Shown: in pieces, positions 10,019 through 19,408 of the stretch
How positions within the stretch are numbered: position 1 is the first letter of the stretch
Layout of the letters: each line of letters begins with the position of its first letter
Assembly: GCA_963743885.1 (NCBI GenBank)
Contig: CAVURJ010000002.1
Location: 109,020 to 173,019, forward strand
Origin: Candidatus Moraniibacteriota bacterium
GTDB lineage: Bacteria > Patescibacteriota > Minisyncoccia > Moranbacterales > UBA1568
Length of the DNA stretch: 64,000 bases
Direction: 5' to 3'
Program-made: the position numbers and the translations under genes
The notes under the pieces: model-generated
What the model was told of the DNA's origin: nothing
Seen by the model: the letters and a program-made list of their open reading frames with translations, nothing else
Databases searched by the model: none

Positions 10019-11613
10019 TTATGGAGGTAGCGGATCAGAATCGAGTGTTGTTGCCGGACTCTTGGGAAGAGTTCTGTTGCATGAGCAGTTTTCTTCCGGC
10101 ATTTGGAGCGGATGTTTATCCGCTTGGTGAGGCGTATAAGGATGTTTTTGTGGCGCCTTCGAGGTATACATCGACGCTGTCTTTTTCCGAGAGGCTTGCG
10201 CTCGATATTGAGCGTAAAGCGCTCCATCATCTCCGGCCTGTGAAGGATGCCGCCGTTCTCCGGAACTGGGAAGGCGCGGTTCCTCTCAAGTGGAAGAAGT
10301 TGTTTGATTATCTCTATAAGGCCGGAATCACAAGGCATCGATACCCGACACTTGACCAGGTACATAATGATGAGCCGAAGATATATTGTATCCGCTCTGT
10401 AGCCGCTCCTTTGAAGAATGCGGAGTATCCCTCACCGTATATCCAGCATGGCCGATACGGATTTGGTGCATCGACGGAGTATGAGATAGCGCTCTCGAAG
10501 TCTCTTGGAGAACTGCTGGAGCGCTATATGTTCATCATGCGGAAGGATATCAAGACGTGGACAGCTTCCGTCCGCGAGCTTCGCTTGGAGAAGAAACATT
10601 TCCTTGACCCGTTTTTCGTTGATCAGTTCGCGAAGTGGCAGAAAGAACGTTTTCCCGCGTTTCGGTTTGACGATGAGAGCCAGTTCCGATGGGTGCATGG
10701 TAAATCGCTCATGACCGGCAAAGGAGCACTGATACCGACGCAGCTTGCTTATTGGCACTATCGTCAGATTGCTGGCGAACCGGTGCTTCGGTCCGGAATC
10801 ACGAGCGGCGCAGCTGGGATGTTCTCGCGGACGGAAGCGATCATCGGGGGTATCTATGAGATCATCCAGCGTGACGGATTCCTCGTCTATTGGCTGAACA
10901 GCATCGTGCCCGGAAGGATCGATCCAGCCTCTGTGATGGATGTAGACTCTCGCCGGCTGCTTGATGATTGTGAGCGATACGGTATCGATGTGCATATTCT
11001 CGATACGACGACTGAACTACGGATTCCGTCCGTGACAGTCGTATTGACCGACCGGTACGGTGGTGGCCCGGAAGTGGTTGTGGGGGCTGGATGTGACCGT
11101 TCTCCAGAGCGAGCCATCCATGCGGCGTTGGTCGAATCGCTCTCGAGCCGGTTTTGGTTGCGGTCTGCCATGGAAAAGGGGCGGAAGTATGCGCTTCCAG
11201 AATCTTATGAACCATTTGTTTCCGATATCCTTTTGCATGATAGGATTGTCTATTGGGCGAATCCTGGTATGCGGGAGAAGATCCAGTTCTTTCTTTCCGG
11301 TCCGATGAGGACGATCGACGAGGCCTTCCCGGAGAAGAGGGCGGATGTATCGCCAGGACAGGAGCTGGCCTGGCTCACCGAGCTTTTCCGGAAGAAAGGT
11401 CCAGCGTACGAGATCTTCTGTTATGAGGCGGAACATGAGGTGCTTGATGCTATCGGATATCATGTCATCATGTCAGTCATTCCGGCGATGCTGCCGATGT
11501 ACCTCGATGAGACACGGGCGCCGCTCGGCCATCGGCGGCTCCATGAAGCGTGCCGAGCACTTGGCTATGAGCCTCCGGAGCATCCGAATCTGGTACCGCA
11601 CCCATTCCCATGA
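10015..11613 (+). CDS. YcaO-family cyclodehydratase
   Basis: GELLERY, TSGAAG, EIIQRD motifs and Pro-rich C-terminus PNLVPHPFP; ATGA overlap with the SagB-like gene. Confidence 0.92.
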   Translation: MIMEVADQNRVLLPDSWEEFCCMSSFLPAFGADVYPLGEAYKDVFVAPSRYTSTLSFSERLALDIERKALHHLRPVKDAAVLRNWEGAVPLKWKKLFDYLYKAGITRHRYPTLDQVHNDEPKIYCIRSVAAPLKNAEYPSPYIQHGRYGFGASTEYEIALSKSLGELLERYMFIMRKDIKTWTASVRELRLEKKHFLDPFFVDQFAKWQKERFPAFRFDDESQFRWVHGKSLMTGKGALIPTQLAYWHYRQIAGEPVLRSGITSGAAGMFSRTEAIIGGIYEIIQRDGFLVYWLNSIVPGRIDPASVMDVDSRRLLDDCERYGIDVHILDTTTELRIPSVTVVLTDRYGGGPEVVVGAGCDRSPERAIHAALVESLSSRFWLRSAMEKGRKYALPESYEPFVSDILLHDRIVYWANPGMREKIQFFLSGPMRTIDEAFPEKRADVSPGQELAWLTELFRKKGPAYEIFCYEAEHEVLDAIGYHVIMSVIPAMLPMYLDETRAPLGHRRLHEACRALGYEPPEHPNLVPHPFP

Positions 11614-11719
11614 TCCTAGAAATGATGATTTTGTCAAAAGCGGTTGTCTTCAGTGGGGGAATATGGTACAGTCTAAGTACTTTCGTGTCGTGTCATTCGT
11701 AATTTCGATGCTGAATCCT

Positions 11720-12058
11720 ATGGCCAAGACTTCCGTGAGAGCGGTCAGGCTCCTCTATTTGTCGATATTGACGCTTGTTGTGTTCGTAGTCGGGCTCTTC
11801 GCGAAGAATAGCGACAAAGCCACTCTATCCAAGGGAGACGAAGACGATGATTCGTTCAGGGTTCCATCGGCGTCGGCAGATACGCCTTCTGGCGCTGCTG
11901 CTTCCAGTGGCGCTAGCGCTAGCAGTGGTGACGGGTGGGATTGTAGCTCTAGTGGTTGTGGTTGTGCTGGTTGTGCTGGTAGTAGTGCTGGTAGTAGTGC
12001 TTCTGGTGCTGGTGCTGGTGCTGGTGCTGGTGCTGGTGCTGGTGCTGGTGGTGGTTGA
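11720..12058 (+). CDS. Putative RiPP precursor: N-terminal hydrophobic segment and Gly/Ser/Cys/Ala-rich core (alternative start 11708)
   Basis: MAKTSVRAVRLLYLSILTLVVFVVGLF...VPSASA-DTPSG...GWDCSSSGCGCAGCAGSS...(GA)7GGG, directly downstream of YcaO. Confidence 0.75.
   Translation: MAKTSVRAVRLLYLSILTLVVFVVGLFAKNSDKATLSKGDEDDDSFRVPSASADTPSGAAASSGASASSGDGWDCSSSGCGCAGCAGSSAGSSASGAGAGAGAGAGAGAGGG
12005..12046 (+). repeat. (GGTGCT)x7 tandem repeat encoding (Gly-Ala)7
   Basis: Read directly from the sequence. Confidence 0.95.
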
Positions 12059-12090
12059 TTCCGTGTTCCGTATCGGAATTTAGTTTGGAT

Positions 12091-13155
12091 ATGAATACAA
12101 AAAATCAACGCACATTCAGGGTTCTTGCTGGATCAGTCGGGGTATTTTTTGTTTTCGTCGTTGGTATTGCCGTATGGAGCGCCGTGAAGGAGTACCCCGT
12201 GTCATCGTATGAGGCAGCTACGCACGCTTATCGTTCCGGGGATATGGCACGAGCGATAGCTGTTCTTGATGAGATGATACGTCGGGATGCTCGGACGGAC
12301 GAAACGCAGCCAGTCATAGCGAGGCGCTTTTTGGCTCAGAGTCTTTTCTTGCGCGATCGGGAGGGCGATCGCGTCCGGGCTATCGAGCTGCTCCGTGAGA
12401 TCGTTGAGAACCCTGCGGCGACGCCGGCTATGCGGGCTGCGGCGCTGAATGATATGACGGGGCTGTATATCGCTTCCGAGGATCGATGGATATTTGCAAA
12501 ACGCGCTATTTTCCAGGGCGATCTGTTCGGAGGATTCCTTAGGGATGATGGCGTACCGATGGCGATGAAGCGGATGATAGAATATGGGTATGATCTCCAT
12601 CCGACGCCTGACGCCGTGCTGTATATGGCGTATTGGTATGCGAGCTCGATACGTTCCAGCCGCGATGCGCCGAAGGATGAATACGTGCCGATGTTGTTGA
12701 AATGGCTCAATGAAGGAGAGAAGTTCTTTTCAGGGGAAAAGAAGTTCCGCCCCGAAGTCTATTCGAAGGAAGAGCTTGCCCAGCTTTATTTTCTTGATGC
12801 GGAAGCGCGGATGGTTTTAGCGCCATTAGCCTCGAAAGATTCGCCAACCATGATGGACGGCGAGGTATTGGTGGAGCAGGCGTACCAACGCGCTCTTTCG
12901 GCTTTGATGCCAGAAGACGATTTTCAATCGTATCAGCAAGGATTGGTCATCAGATTCCGTTATGCATCATTCTTGGCGAGTGCGTATGGGGATGCGCGTG
13001 CAGACGAGATACGTTCTTTGGTTGATCCGATAGTGCGTGCGCCGCGGAAATTTGCTCCTGATGATATCGTGACACCGATCGAGCGGATTGTACGCGGTAC
13101 CAAGAATGCTGATTTGGAACGTATCGCTCCTAGTATCTGGACTGCTGTACAGTAG
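12091..13155 (+). CDS. Membrane-anchored helical-repeat (TPR-like) protein
   Basis: ATG at 12091, N-terminal TM (VLAGSVGVFFVFVVGIAVW), all-helical remainder. Confidence 0.7.
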   Translation: MNTKNQRTFRVLAGSVGVFFVFVVGIAVWSAVKEYPVSSYEAATHAYRSGDMARAIAVLDEMIRRDARTDETQPVIARRFLAQSLFLRDREGDRVRAIELLREIVENPAATPAMRAAALNDMTGLYIASEDRWIFAKRAIFQGDLFGGFLRDDGVPMAMKRMIEYGYDLHPTPDAVLYMAYWYASSIRSSRDAPKDEYVPMLLKWLNEGEKFFSGEKKFRPEVYSKEELAQLYFLDAEARMVLAPLASKDSPTMMDGEVLVEQAYQRALSALMPEDDFQSYQQGLVIRFRYASFLASAYGDARADEIRSLVDPIVRAPRKFAPDDIVTPIERIVRGTKNADLERIAPSIWTAVQ

Positions 13156-13180
13156 TAGGTGCCCACTTTCGTATCGAGGA

Positions 13181-13309
13181 TTTATTATCAAACGAAGCGA
13201 GTGAAACGAGTCCACTAGCTGGCGGAGAGGGATTGGGTCCAAGACTTGCCTGTCCGAATCGTTATGTGAATCGTTGCAGGCGGGTTCTGGAATTCAATAC
13301 CCGTTATTG
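13181..13309. repeat. Dispersed intergenic element family A, copy 1
   Basis: TTATTATCAAACGAAGCGAGTGAAACGA...AATACCCGTTAT shared with copies at 20.9, 48.6 and 58.3 kb. Confidence 0.75.
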
Positions 13310-13370
13310 AAAAGTAAAAACCAGCTGGAATTTTTTATAACCAGCCGGTTTATGTAATACTGTTTCATTT

Positions 13371-14027
13371 TCAGAATTTGATGAGCGTCTTGTCGGCGCC
13401 AGCGTTCCGTCGGTACGAGATGATATCGAAATCATATCCATCACCGCGGCAGCGTATCTCGATGCCGGCCTCCGGAAGATGCCAGCATGTGAACTTCTCT
13501 GGGCTTGACATGCTGTAAGAATGCCTGATTTTACGCTCGATGCGTAGGGCACGTACGGTATGTGGAGTGCCATCGATGGAACGGATGGAGATGTTTTCCC
13601 ACCCGGAGATGTACCCCTCGGTAACGGTGGATCCGCGCTTTCCGTCTGAGGCGGACCAGGCGGTCGTCTTGGACCAGGAACTTCCCGGGCAGATCGGGTA
13701 ATTGTAGTACATCGAATCGTATTCGAAACGGAGTTCTCCAAACCTGCCGGCCCAACGGTTTACATGGTTGAGATCGCTCGTGAGAGTGCCGTTCCAGTTA
13801 TCCACGAATCGGCCTTGGGCGTCGGTTTTCACGATTCTGTACTGCCATTGTTTTCCGGCCCGGTTTTCATACACCCACATGTCGCCGACCGAATAAGCGG
13901 GGCGTCCGATGCATTCTTTTTGTTGCGTGGATGCCTCGGACGCTTGGTTCGATTGCGCATTCGCAGCGGAGAAAGGCATGATGATAAACGACAGGGCGAG
14001 AAGAAGCGATGAAAGAAAGCTTTTCAT
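13371..14027 (-). CDS. Secreted protein, paralog of 17737..18375
   Basis: Signal peptide (ANA-Q); YSVGDxW, YPIxPGxSW, RALRIERK, FTCWxLPEA shared with the paralog; GGAGG RBS. Confidence 0.8.
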   Translation of the reverse strand: MKSFLSSLLLALSFIIMPFSAANAQSNQASEASTQQKECIGRPAYSVGDMWVYENRAGKQWQYRIVKTDAQGRFVDNWNGTLTSDLNHVNRWAGRFGELRFEYDSMYYNYPICPGSSWSKTTAWSASDGKRGSTVTEGYISGWENISIRSIDGTPHTVRALRIERKIRHSYSMSSPEKFTCWHLPEAGIEIRCRGDGYDFDIISYRRNAGADKTLIKF

Positions 14028-14127
14028 GGAAACCTCCGAGTTGTTAAGGTATGGGGGATGTCATATACTGAAGTAGATGACATACTGGCAATATGCACCT
14101 TTTTTGTAGTTTTGTCAAGTATTCGCT

Positions 14128-15780
14128 ATGGAAAAATCTGGAGTTTTTGCGCACTTGAAACAGGAAATCGCTGATAAAGTGGTTGTTTTTGGCCGCAATC
14201 AGCGGATAGCCGGTCTATTCGGACGGCAATCCGCGTGGCTTTTTGACTTCCGTAACATATTCCTTGAGCCGGAGATTTTGGAATCCATAGCGGATCTTTT
14301 TTTCGAGCGGATGGCAGCGGAGAACATCGAGGTGCCGTACCAGGTCGGTGGCGTGGAGACGGCGTCCATACCGCTCGTGGCCGGCATCGTGATCGGCGCG
14401 AAGAAGCGCAGCCTTGATATCAACGGTTTTTTCGTGCGCAAGTCCCGCAAGAAGAGTGGTTTGCTCAAGATGATCGAAGGGCAGTTCCGCGAGCGGGACG
14501 TGGTGCTGGTCGATGATCTCATGAATACCGGGCAGAGCCTGATCCGTCAAGTGGAGATCATGGAGGGTTTGGGTCGGAGAGTGCGGGCCGTATTCGTCAT
14601 CCTGCGTTTCCGGGATGAAGCGTACTACCGGTATTTTCATGAGCGCGGCATCCGGATCATCAACCTCTTCACGCTTGATGATTTCGGTCTGCAGCTCGGC
14701 GGTGATGAGGCTCAGGAAACGAATCGGATGCCGTTTCGGAAGGAGTGGGTCTTCCGGAGTCCAGATCCAGACCTCTTCATCGTTGCGCCGAAATCAGCGC
14801 CAGCGATCGACGACCTGAGACTGTATTTCGGGACTGATAGCGGCCGGTTCTGGGCGCTGGACAAGAAGAGCGGGGAAACGATCTGGGAGTATCGTATCGG
14901 TCTTCGGAAACGCGGCAATGCCATACTTTCCTCGCCAGCGCGTATCGGCGATTTGGTCTGTTTCGGTGCCGATGATGGTAATATCTATGCGCTTGACGCG
15001 GAGACAGGAAAGCGCCGATGGGTCTTTATGGAAGCCGATCGCGTCGCGGCGTCACCGTGTGCCGTGCCGGCCGAAAGAATGCTGCTTGCCGGGATCGGGA
15101 CAGGCATCTGGAGCAAGCAGGGGAGCGCGATCGCTCTCGATGCGCGGACCGGGAAGAAACTTTGGGAATACCGGACGCCGGCACCGCTCCATGCGTCACC
15201 GAAGCATTCGGCGAAACATGGGCTGGCAGTCTTCGGGTCTGAGGATGGGAGCGTATACGTGCTGGATGCCCGGACGGGAGCACTCCGATGGAAGTTCGTT
15301 TCCGGCGGTGCAATCAAGGGCTCGTTCGCTCTTGATGAGAAGCGCGGGCTGGTTGTCTTTGGTTCGTATGACGGCTTTGTCTATGCGCTCGATATCGGAA
15401 GCGGTCGCGAACGATGGAGGTTCCGCACTGAGGCAGGCATCCATTCTGATCCGCTCATCGAGGAGGATACGGTGATAGCGGCATCGCTCGATAAGCGTCT
15501 TTACGGCATCTCGCTTGATGATGGCGCGCGCCGCTGGATGTTTGATGCGCGGAGCCGGATCTTCGCATCGCCGATCTTCGCGGATGGGAAGATATATGTC
15601 GGCTGCAATAACGGCCGATTCCATGAGGTCGATCCGGCGACCGGCCGGGAGACGGGGTTCTTCCAGACGACGGAACGGATCACGACGAGAGCCATCTATG
15701 ATCCGGCGACTGGGCGGTTCTATATATCGACGTTCGCGAATGAGGTATACTGCTTATATCAAGATGATAGCGAGGATTAA
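14128..15780 (+). CDS. Orotate-PRTase-like domain fused to PQQ-type (BamB-like) beta-propeller repeats
   Basis: FFVRKSRKKSG and VVLVDDLMNTG PRPP loop, then repeated YALDAxTGxxxW units. Confidence 0.85.
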   Translation: MEKSGVFAHLKQEIADKVVVFGRNQRIAGLFGRQSAWLFDFRNIFLEPEILESIADLFFERMAAENIEVPYQVGGVETASIPLVAGIVIGAKKRSLDINGFFVRKSRKKSGLLKMIEGQFRERDVVLVDDLMNTGQSLIRQVEIMEGLGRRVRAVFVILRFRDEAYYRYFHERGIRIINLFTLDDFGLQLGGDEAQETNRMPFRKEWVFRSPDPDLFIVAPKSAPAIDDLRLYFGTDSGRFWALDKKSGETIWEYRIGLRKRGNAILSSPARIGDLVCFGADDGNIYALDAETGKRRWVFMEADRVAASPCAVPAERMLLAGIGTGIWSKQGSAIALDARTGKKLWEYRTPAPLHASPKHSAKHGLAVFGSEDGSVYVLDARTGALRWKFVSGGAIKGSFALDEKRGLVVFGSYDGFVYALDIGSGRERWRFRTEAGIHSDPLIEEDTVIAASLDKRLYGISLDDGARRWMFDARSRIFASPIFADGKIYVGCNNGRFHEVDPATGRETGFFQTTERITTRAIYDPATGRFYISTFANEVYCLYQDDSED

Positions 15781-15842
15781 TGGATGTTGTGTAGTGCAGC
15801 TTATTAGTTTCGTTTTTTCTTTAGGTGCTTGTGTAGAAATAT

Positions 15843-16514
15843 ATGTCTGAGATACCCAGATATTATGCTGCTCTTATCGATGATCATTCCCGCGCTCTAC
15901 TGGCGATAGGAAAGAATTTTCCGGTAGTGGCGATGCTTGCGGGATGTACCCCGGATACAAGGCTGGATTTTTCGGTGGATTGGCCGAATTATCTCGGGAG
16001 GGTTTCTGGCGGGGTTCTCTTCAGGATTGTCCGGTCAGAAGAATATCCTCTTTGGAGGTGGGAGTTCGCGTCGAGGAAATTCTTGAGAACGCCGAAGACC
16101 GTTCTGAATGATGGTTTGCGAGAGAAATCGCTATTAGCCATGGCAAAATACTTGGCTTTTGAAAGAGTCATCTGGCATCTGGATGTGGTTAGAATCAGAT
16201 TTTCTCGGGGGGTTGCTTTTCAAGAGACAGTTTTTTTCGAGAAGCAGCGGGAGGCATTGATGTTCCGCGAGTCCGGATATGACGAGAGTATGGCAATAGA
16301 GTGTCCGTATGTGCTGCAGTACGCGGATTTTTCCGGTATTTCGCTGCAGCAGGCTGCTGATGATATCCTGCTCAAATCGAAATTCGATAGGGACTTGCTC
16401 ATGAAGACCGAGCTTTTACGTCTTAAGTTTTTTCGGCGCATCAAGGAAGCTCAGAAGCCGGAAGAAGTCGCTTTGGTTATCAGGGATTTTTTCAACGATT
16501 ATTATACGAGTTAA
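15843..16514 (+). CDS. Hypothetical protein
   Basis: 223-aa ORF, co-oriented, 12 bp upstream of the PP-loop gene. Confidence 0.7.
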   Translation: MSEIPRYYAALIDDHSRALLAIGKNFPVVAMLAGCTPDTRLDFSVDWPNYLGRVSGGVLFRIVRSEEYPLWRWEFASRKFLRTPKTVLNDGLREKSLLAMAKYLAFERVIWHLDVVRIRFSRGVAFQETVFFEKQREALMFRESGYDESMAIECPYVLQYADFSGISLQQAADDILLKSKFDRDLLMKTELLRLKFFRRIKEAQKPEEVALVIRDFFNDYYTS

Positions 16515-16526
16515 TGATTTTTCGGT

Positions 16527-17630
16527 ATGGGTGCGAATCTCCTGTATTACACGACAAAAATTACGGTTGACCCAGAAAATTTTCATTTTTCTGGCATGCG
16601 CCTTCTTGGGCGATTTACGAGCCTGTATGGACCGCTGGTGGATTTTATCGATAGGACCGGTACCATAGTGACGCCGATCCGTACTGCGTCAATGTTTCCG
16701 ATGCCGGCGTATCGGCCGATTACGAAGACGTTTGAGGAAATTTGCAATGAGCGGGCGCAAGAATTGTTGGCGCGCGCTGATCAGCTCAATGCCCGTTTTT
16801 ATGTCTCTTATTCTGGCGGTATCGATAGCACGCTAATGCTTGTATCCTTGCTCAAGAACGCGACGTTGCGGCAGAAAGAGAATATCGTAGTCCTGCTTTC
16901 TGATGAATCCATAGCAGAAAATCCGAATTTTTATCGGGACCACATCTGGGGGAAACTCCGGACTGATTCTATCGAGATGTTCCCGTATCTGCTCGGTACG
17001 GACGCCATGTTCGTCGGCGGCGAGCATAATGATCAGTTGTTCGGATCGGATATGATGGGCAAGCTAATCGTTCGTTTCGGCCCGGAAATCATCCAACAGC
17101 TGTATAAGAAAGAGACGTTCCGTACGTTTTTCGGGGAATTGCTTGGCGATGATGTTGAGGCGCGGGAGTTTTATCTTGATCTGTTCGAGCGATTGAAGGA
17201 TGCTGCACCGATTCCTATCGTGACGAACCATGATTATCTCTGGTGGATCAATTTCTCGCTGAAGTGGCAGGTCGTATTTATGCGTATGTTGTCGCGCATC
17301 TCTCCGAGGAATGCGCCTCGTATAGGTAAGGGATATCTCCGGACAAGGTACGATCATTTTTATACCACTGACGATTTTCAATTATGGAGCTTGAATAATC
17401 CTGAGAAGAAGATCAAGGATAGGTGGAATACTTACAAGTGGCCGTGCAAGGATATCATCTATGGGTATACGGGCGATGCCGAATATCGCGACCACAAGAT
17501 AAAGCGCGGATCGCTGTATTCCGTTCTTGCACAACAGGCGTCATTTGGTTTCATCGATGATTCGATGATGTTCCATCGGTCGCTTGATTTGAGCAAGTAT
17601 TATAATGAAAGCAATGACTTTGCGCGTTGA
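16527..17630 (+). CDS. PP-loop ATP pyrophosphatase (asparagine-synthase C-terminal-like, no glutaminase domain)
   Basis: SYSGGIDST and GGEHNDQLFG motifs. Confidence 0.75.
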   Translation: MGANLLYYTTKITVDPENFHFSGMRLLGRFTSLYGPLVDFIDRTGTIVTPIRTASMFPMPAYRPITKTFEEICNERAQELLARADQLNARFYVSYSGGIDSTLMLVSLLKNATLRQKENIVVLLSDESIAENPNFYRDHIWGKLRTDSIEMFPYLLGTDAMFVGGEHNDQLFGSDMMGKLIVRFGPEIIQQLYKKETFRTFFGELLGDDVEAREFYLDLFERLKDAAPIPIVTNHDYLWWINFSLKWQVVFMRMLSRISPRNAPRIGKGYLRTRYDHFYTTDDFQLWSLNNPEKKIKDRWNTYKWPCKDIIYGYTGDAEYRDHKIKRGSLYSVLAQQASFGFIDDSMMFHRSLDLSKYYNESNDFAR

Positions 17631-17736
17631 TAGATACCTATTTTCTAGCGTGGTTGAGATAAATAAAATCAGGTATGAGCAAAAAAAGTCCTATACCGAT
17701 TCCGGTATAGGATCCATGCTTTTGAAGGCTTGGCCG

Positions 17737-18375
17737 TCAAGGTTTCTTCGTGAGCTGCACGCTTTGGCCGGACCTTTGCCAAGAAACGACATTGAAGTCC
17801 CGCCCGTCGCCTTGGCAGCGCACCTCTGTAGCGGCTTCGGGGAGATACCAGCACGTGAAAGTAGTCGGTAGATTGTCGCCGGGCAGCACACCTTTTCGCT
17901 CTATACGGAGCGCGCGTAAGCGTCTTTCCTCGCCGGTTTCCAACGAAATAGTGATGATCTCCCAGTCTTTCACCGCAACCTCGAAGGGAGCCGATCCTCT
18001 CTTCCCGTAGGAGTTTGTCCAGTTCACGTATCCGTTCCAGGATTTCCCAGGGTATATCGGATAATCGTAGTACCGGTTGTCTGGGCTGAAAGTAATGGTA
18101 CCGCCTCTTCCAAACGTCCGGACTTTGTTGAAGGCGGGATTGCGTACATCGCCTTGGTTATCCGTGATGTTGCCGGTTGGATCGATGCTTTCCACGCGGA
18201 GCACGGTCACTCCGTTTGGTGCCTGGATGGTCCATTGATCACCAACGGAATAGACGGGCTGCTCAATACGGTCTTCCATGGGCGAAGCCGCGGCCTGCTG
18301 ATCGGTCGCCAGAACATGCGCCGAGGAGGTAAGGCCAGCAAGTATTGCTAGAACAACGAAAGAAAAGCGTTTCAT
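17737..18375 (-). CDS. Secreted protein, paralog of 13371..14027
   Basis: Signal peptide, shared motifs as above, AAGGAG RBS. Confidence 0.8.
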   Translation of the reverse strand: MKRFSFVVLAILAGLTSSAHVLATDQQAAASPMEDRIEQPVYSVGDQWTIQAPNGVTVLRVESIDPTGNITDNQGDVRNPAFNKVRTFGRGGTITFSPDNRYYDYPIYPGKSWNGYVNWTNSYGKRGSAPFEVAVKDWEIITISLETGEERRLRALRIERKGVLPGDNLPTTFTCWYLPEAATEVRCQGDGRDFNVVSWQRSGQSVQLTKKP

Positions 18376-18552
18376 AGAGATCTCCTTCTGGATTTGGTTG
18401 TCAAGTGTACAATAATACCGGAATGGTATTTAGTATAAGTAAAGACTATTTTTTGAAATTTGTCAAGTATTTTTGACAACTAAGAGAATAGGGGGTAGCC
18501 TAAGGGGCGCGGTTCTTTGTTTCGTCCAACGTCCAAGAAAGGAAGGTGTTCC

Positions 18553-19266
18553 ATGAGTGATTCTGATAAGACGGCATCGGTTCCGTCATCGGGAGAGGAG
18601 TTTGTCCACCAATCCAGGCTGATGCAGCTGTTCGGTGTCCGGTACTTCGAGTCAGGTGTCCGGGAAGTCGTCGCTTCGCATCCGTTCGATGCGTATACGT
18701 ACAAGACTTACTTCGGTTCGCACCGCATTGAAGTCGAACAGGGGGATAGCGTCTGGTATTTGGACGACAATGGCCGGACAGCTAAAGTGTCCAATGGTCC
18801 TTGCGGGGTTGACAGTGCCATCTGGGCGACGGTGATCCGCGGATACCGTGTCATGGGAGATCGCGCCGTCAGTCTCTCGACGAACAGCAATCTGCCGTAT
18901 GTCAATGGCTGCTCCACATGGCAGGTGTTCCCGCCGGATCGTCCCGGCGATCCGACGCTCCAACATCTCAAGATCCCGCCGTATTCGTCGGAACAAGCGC
19001 ACCATATCCATAGCACGGTCCGCATCGTGTATGTGCTCGAAGGCCACGGATACAGCAAAGTCGGCATGCGGGGCAATTACGTCATGCAGGAGCTCAAGCC
19101 GGGAATGTTGGTTGTGCTCGAGAAGATGGTCCCGCATCATTTCGAGACGCCGCAAGGGGAGTGGCTGTCAGTCATTCCGCTCCATGTCTTCAGCGCCCTG
19201 CCTGGCGGCATCGAGAACAACCACCCGATGTTCAATGGGACGTATCTCATGAACCAAGGTGGCTGA
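18553..19266 (+). CDS. Cupin-domain protein
   Basis: HHIHSTVRIVYVLEGHG...PHHFET metal-binding cupin motifs; AAGGAAGGT upstream of the ATG. Confidence 0.8.
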   Translation: MSDSDKTASVPSSGEEFVHQSRLMQLFGVRYFESGVREVVASHPFDAYTYKTYFGSHRIEVEQGDSVWYLDDNGRTAKVSNGPCGVDSAIWATVIRGYRVMGDRAVSLSTNSNLPYVNGCSTWQVFPPDRPGDPTLQHLKIPPYSSEQAHHIHSTVRIVYVLEGHGYSKVGMRGNYVMQELKPGMLVVLEKMVPHHFETPQGEWLSVIPLHVFSALPGGIENNHPMFNGTYLMNQGG

Positions 19267-19408
19267 CATATGCGTATCAGAACGGCTCGAAACCACGAGC
19301 CGTTTTTTTCTTATTCTTTGCCCTTGACTGTGTCCATAACAGGGAGTAGTCTGTGGGCGCAGTTCTTTGGCTTTTATAGAGTGTTATTTCCAACCAAGGA
19401 GGTGGATC

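Noticed and set aside
11345-12083. 237-aa extended precursor ORF and the poly-Val/Leu alternative frame 11847..12083
   Set aside because: The extension overlaps ycaO out of frame; the Val-rich frame is a by-product of the GGTGCT repeat
13371-18375. Diversity-generating retroelement (TR/VR) explanation for the paralogs or propeller repeats
   Set aside because: No reverse transcriptase in the window and the differences are not adenine-specific
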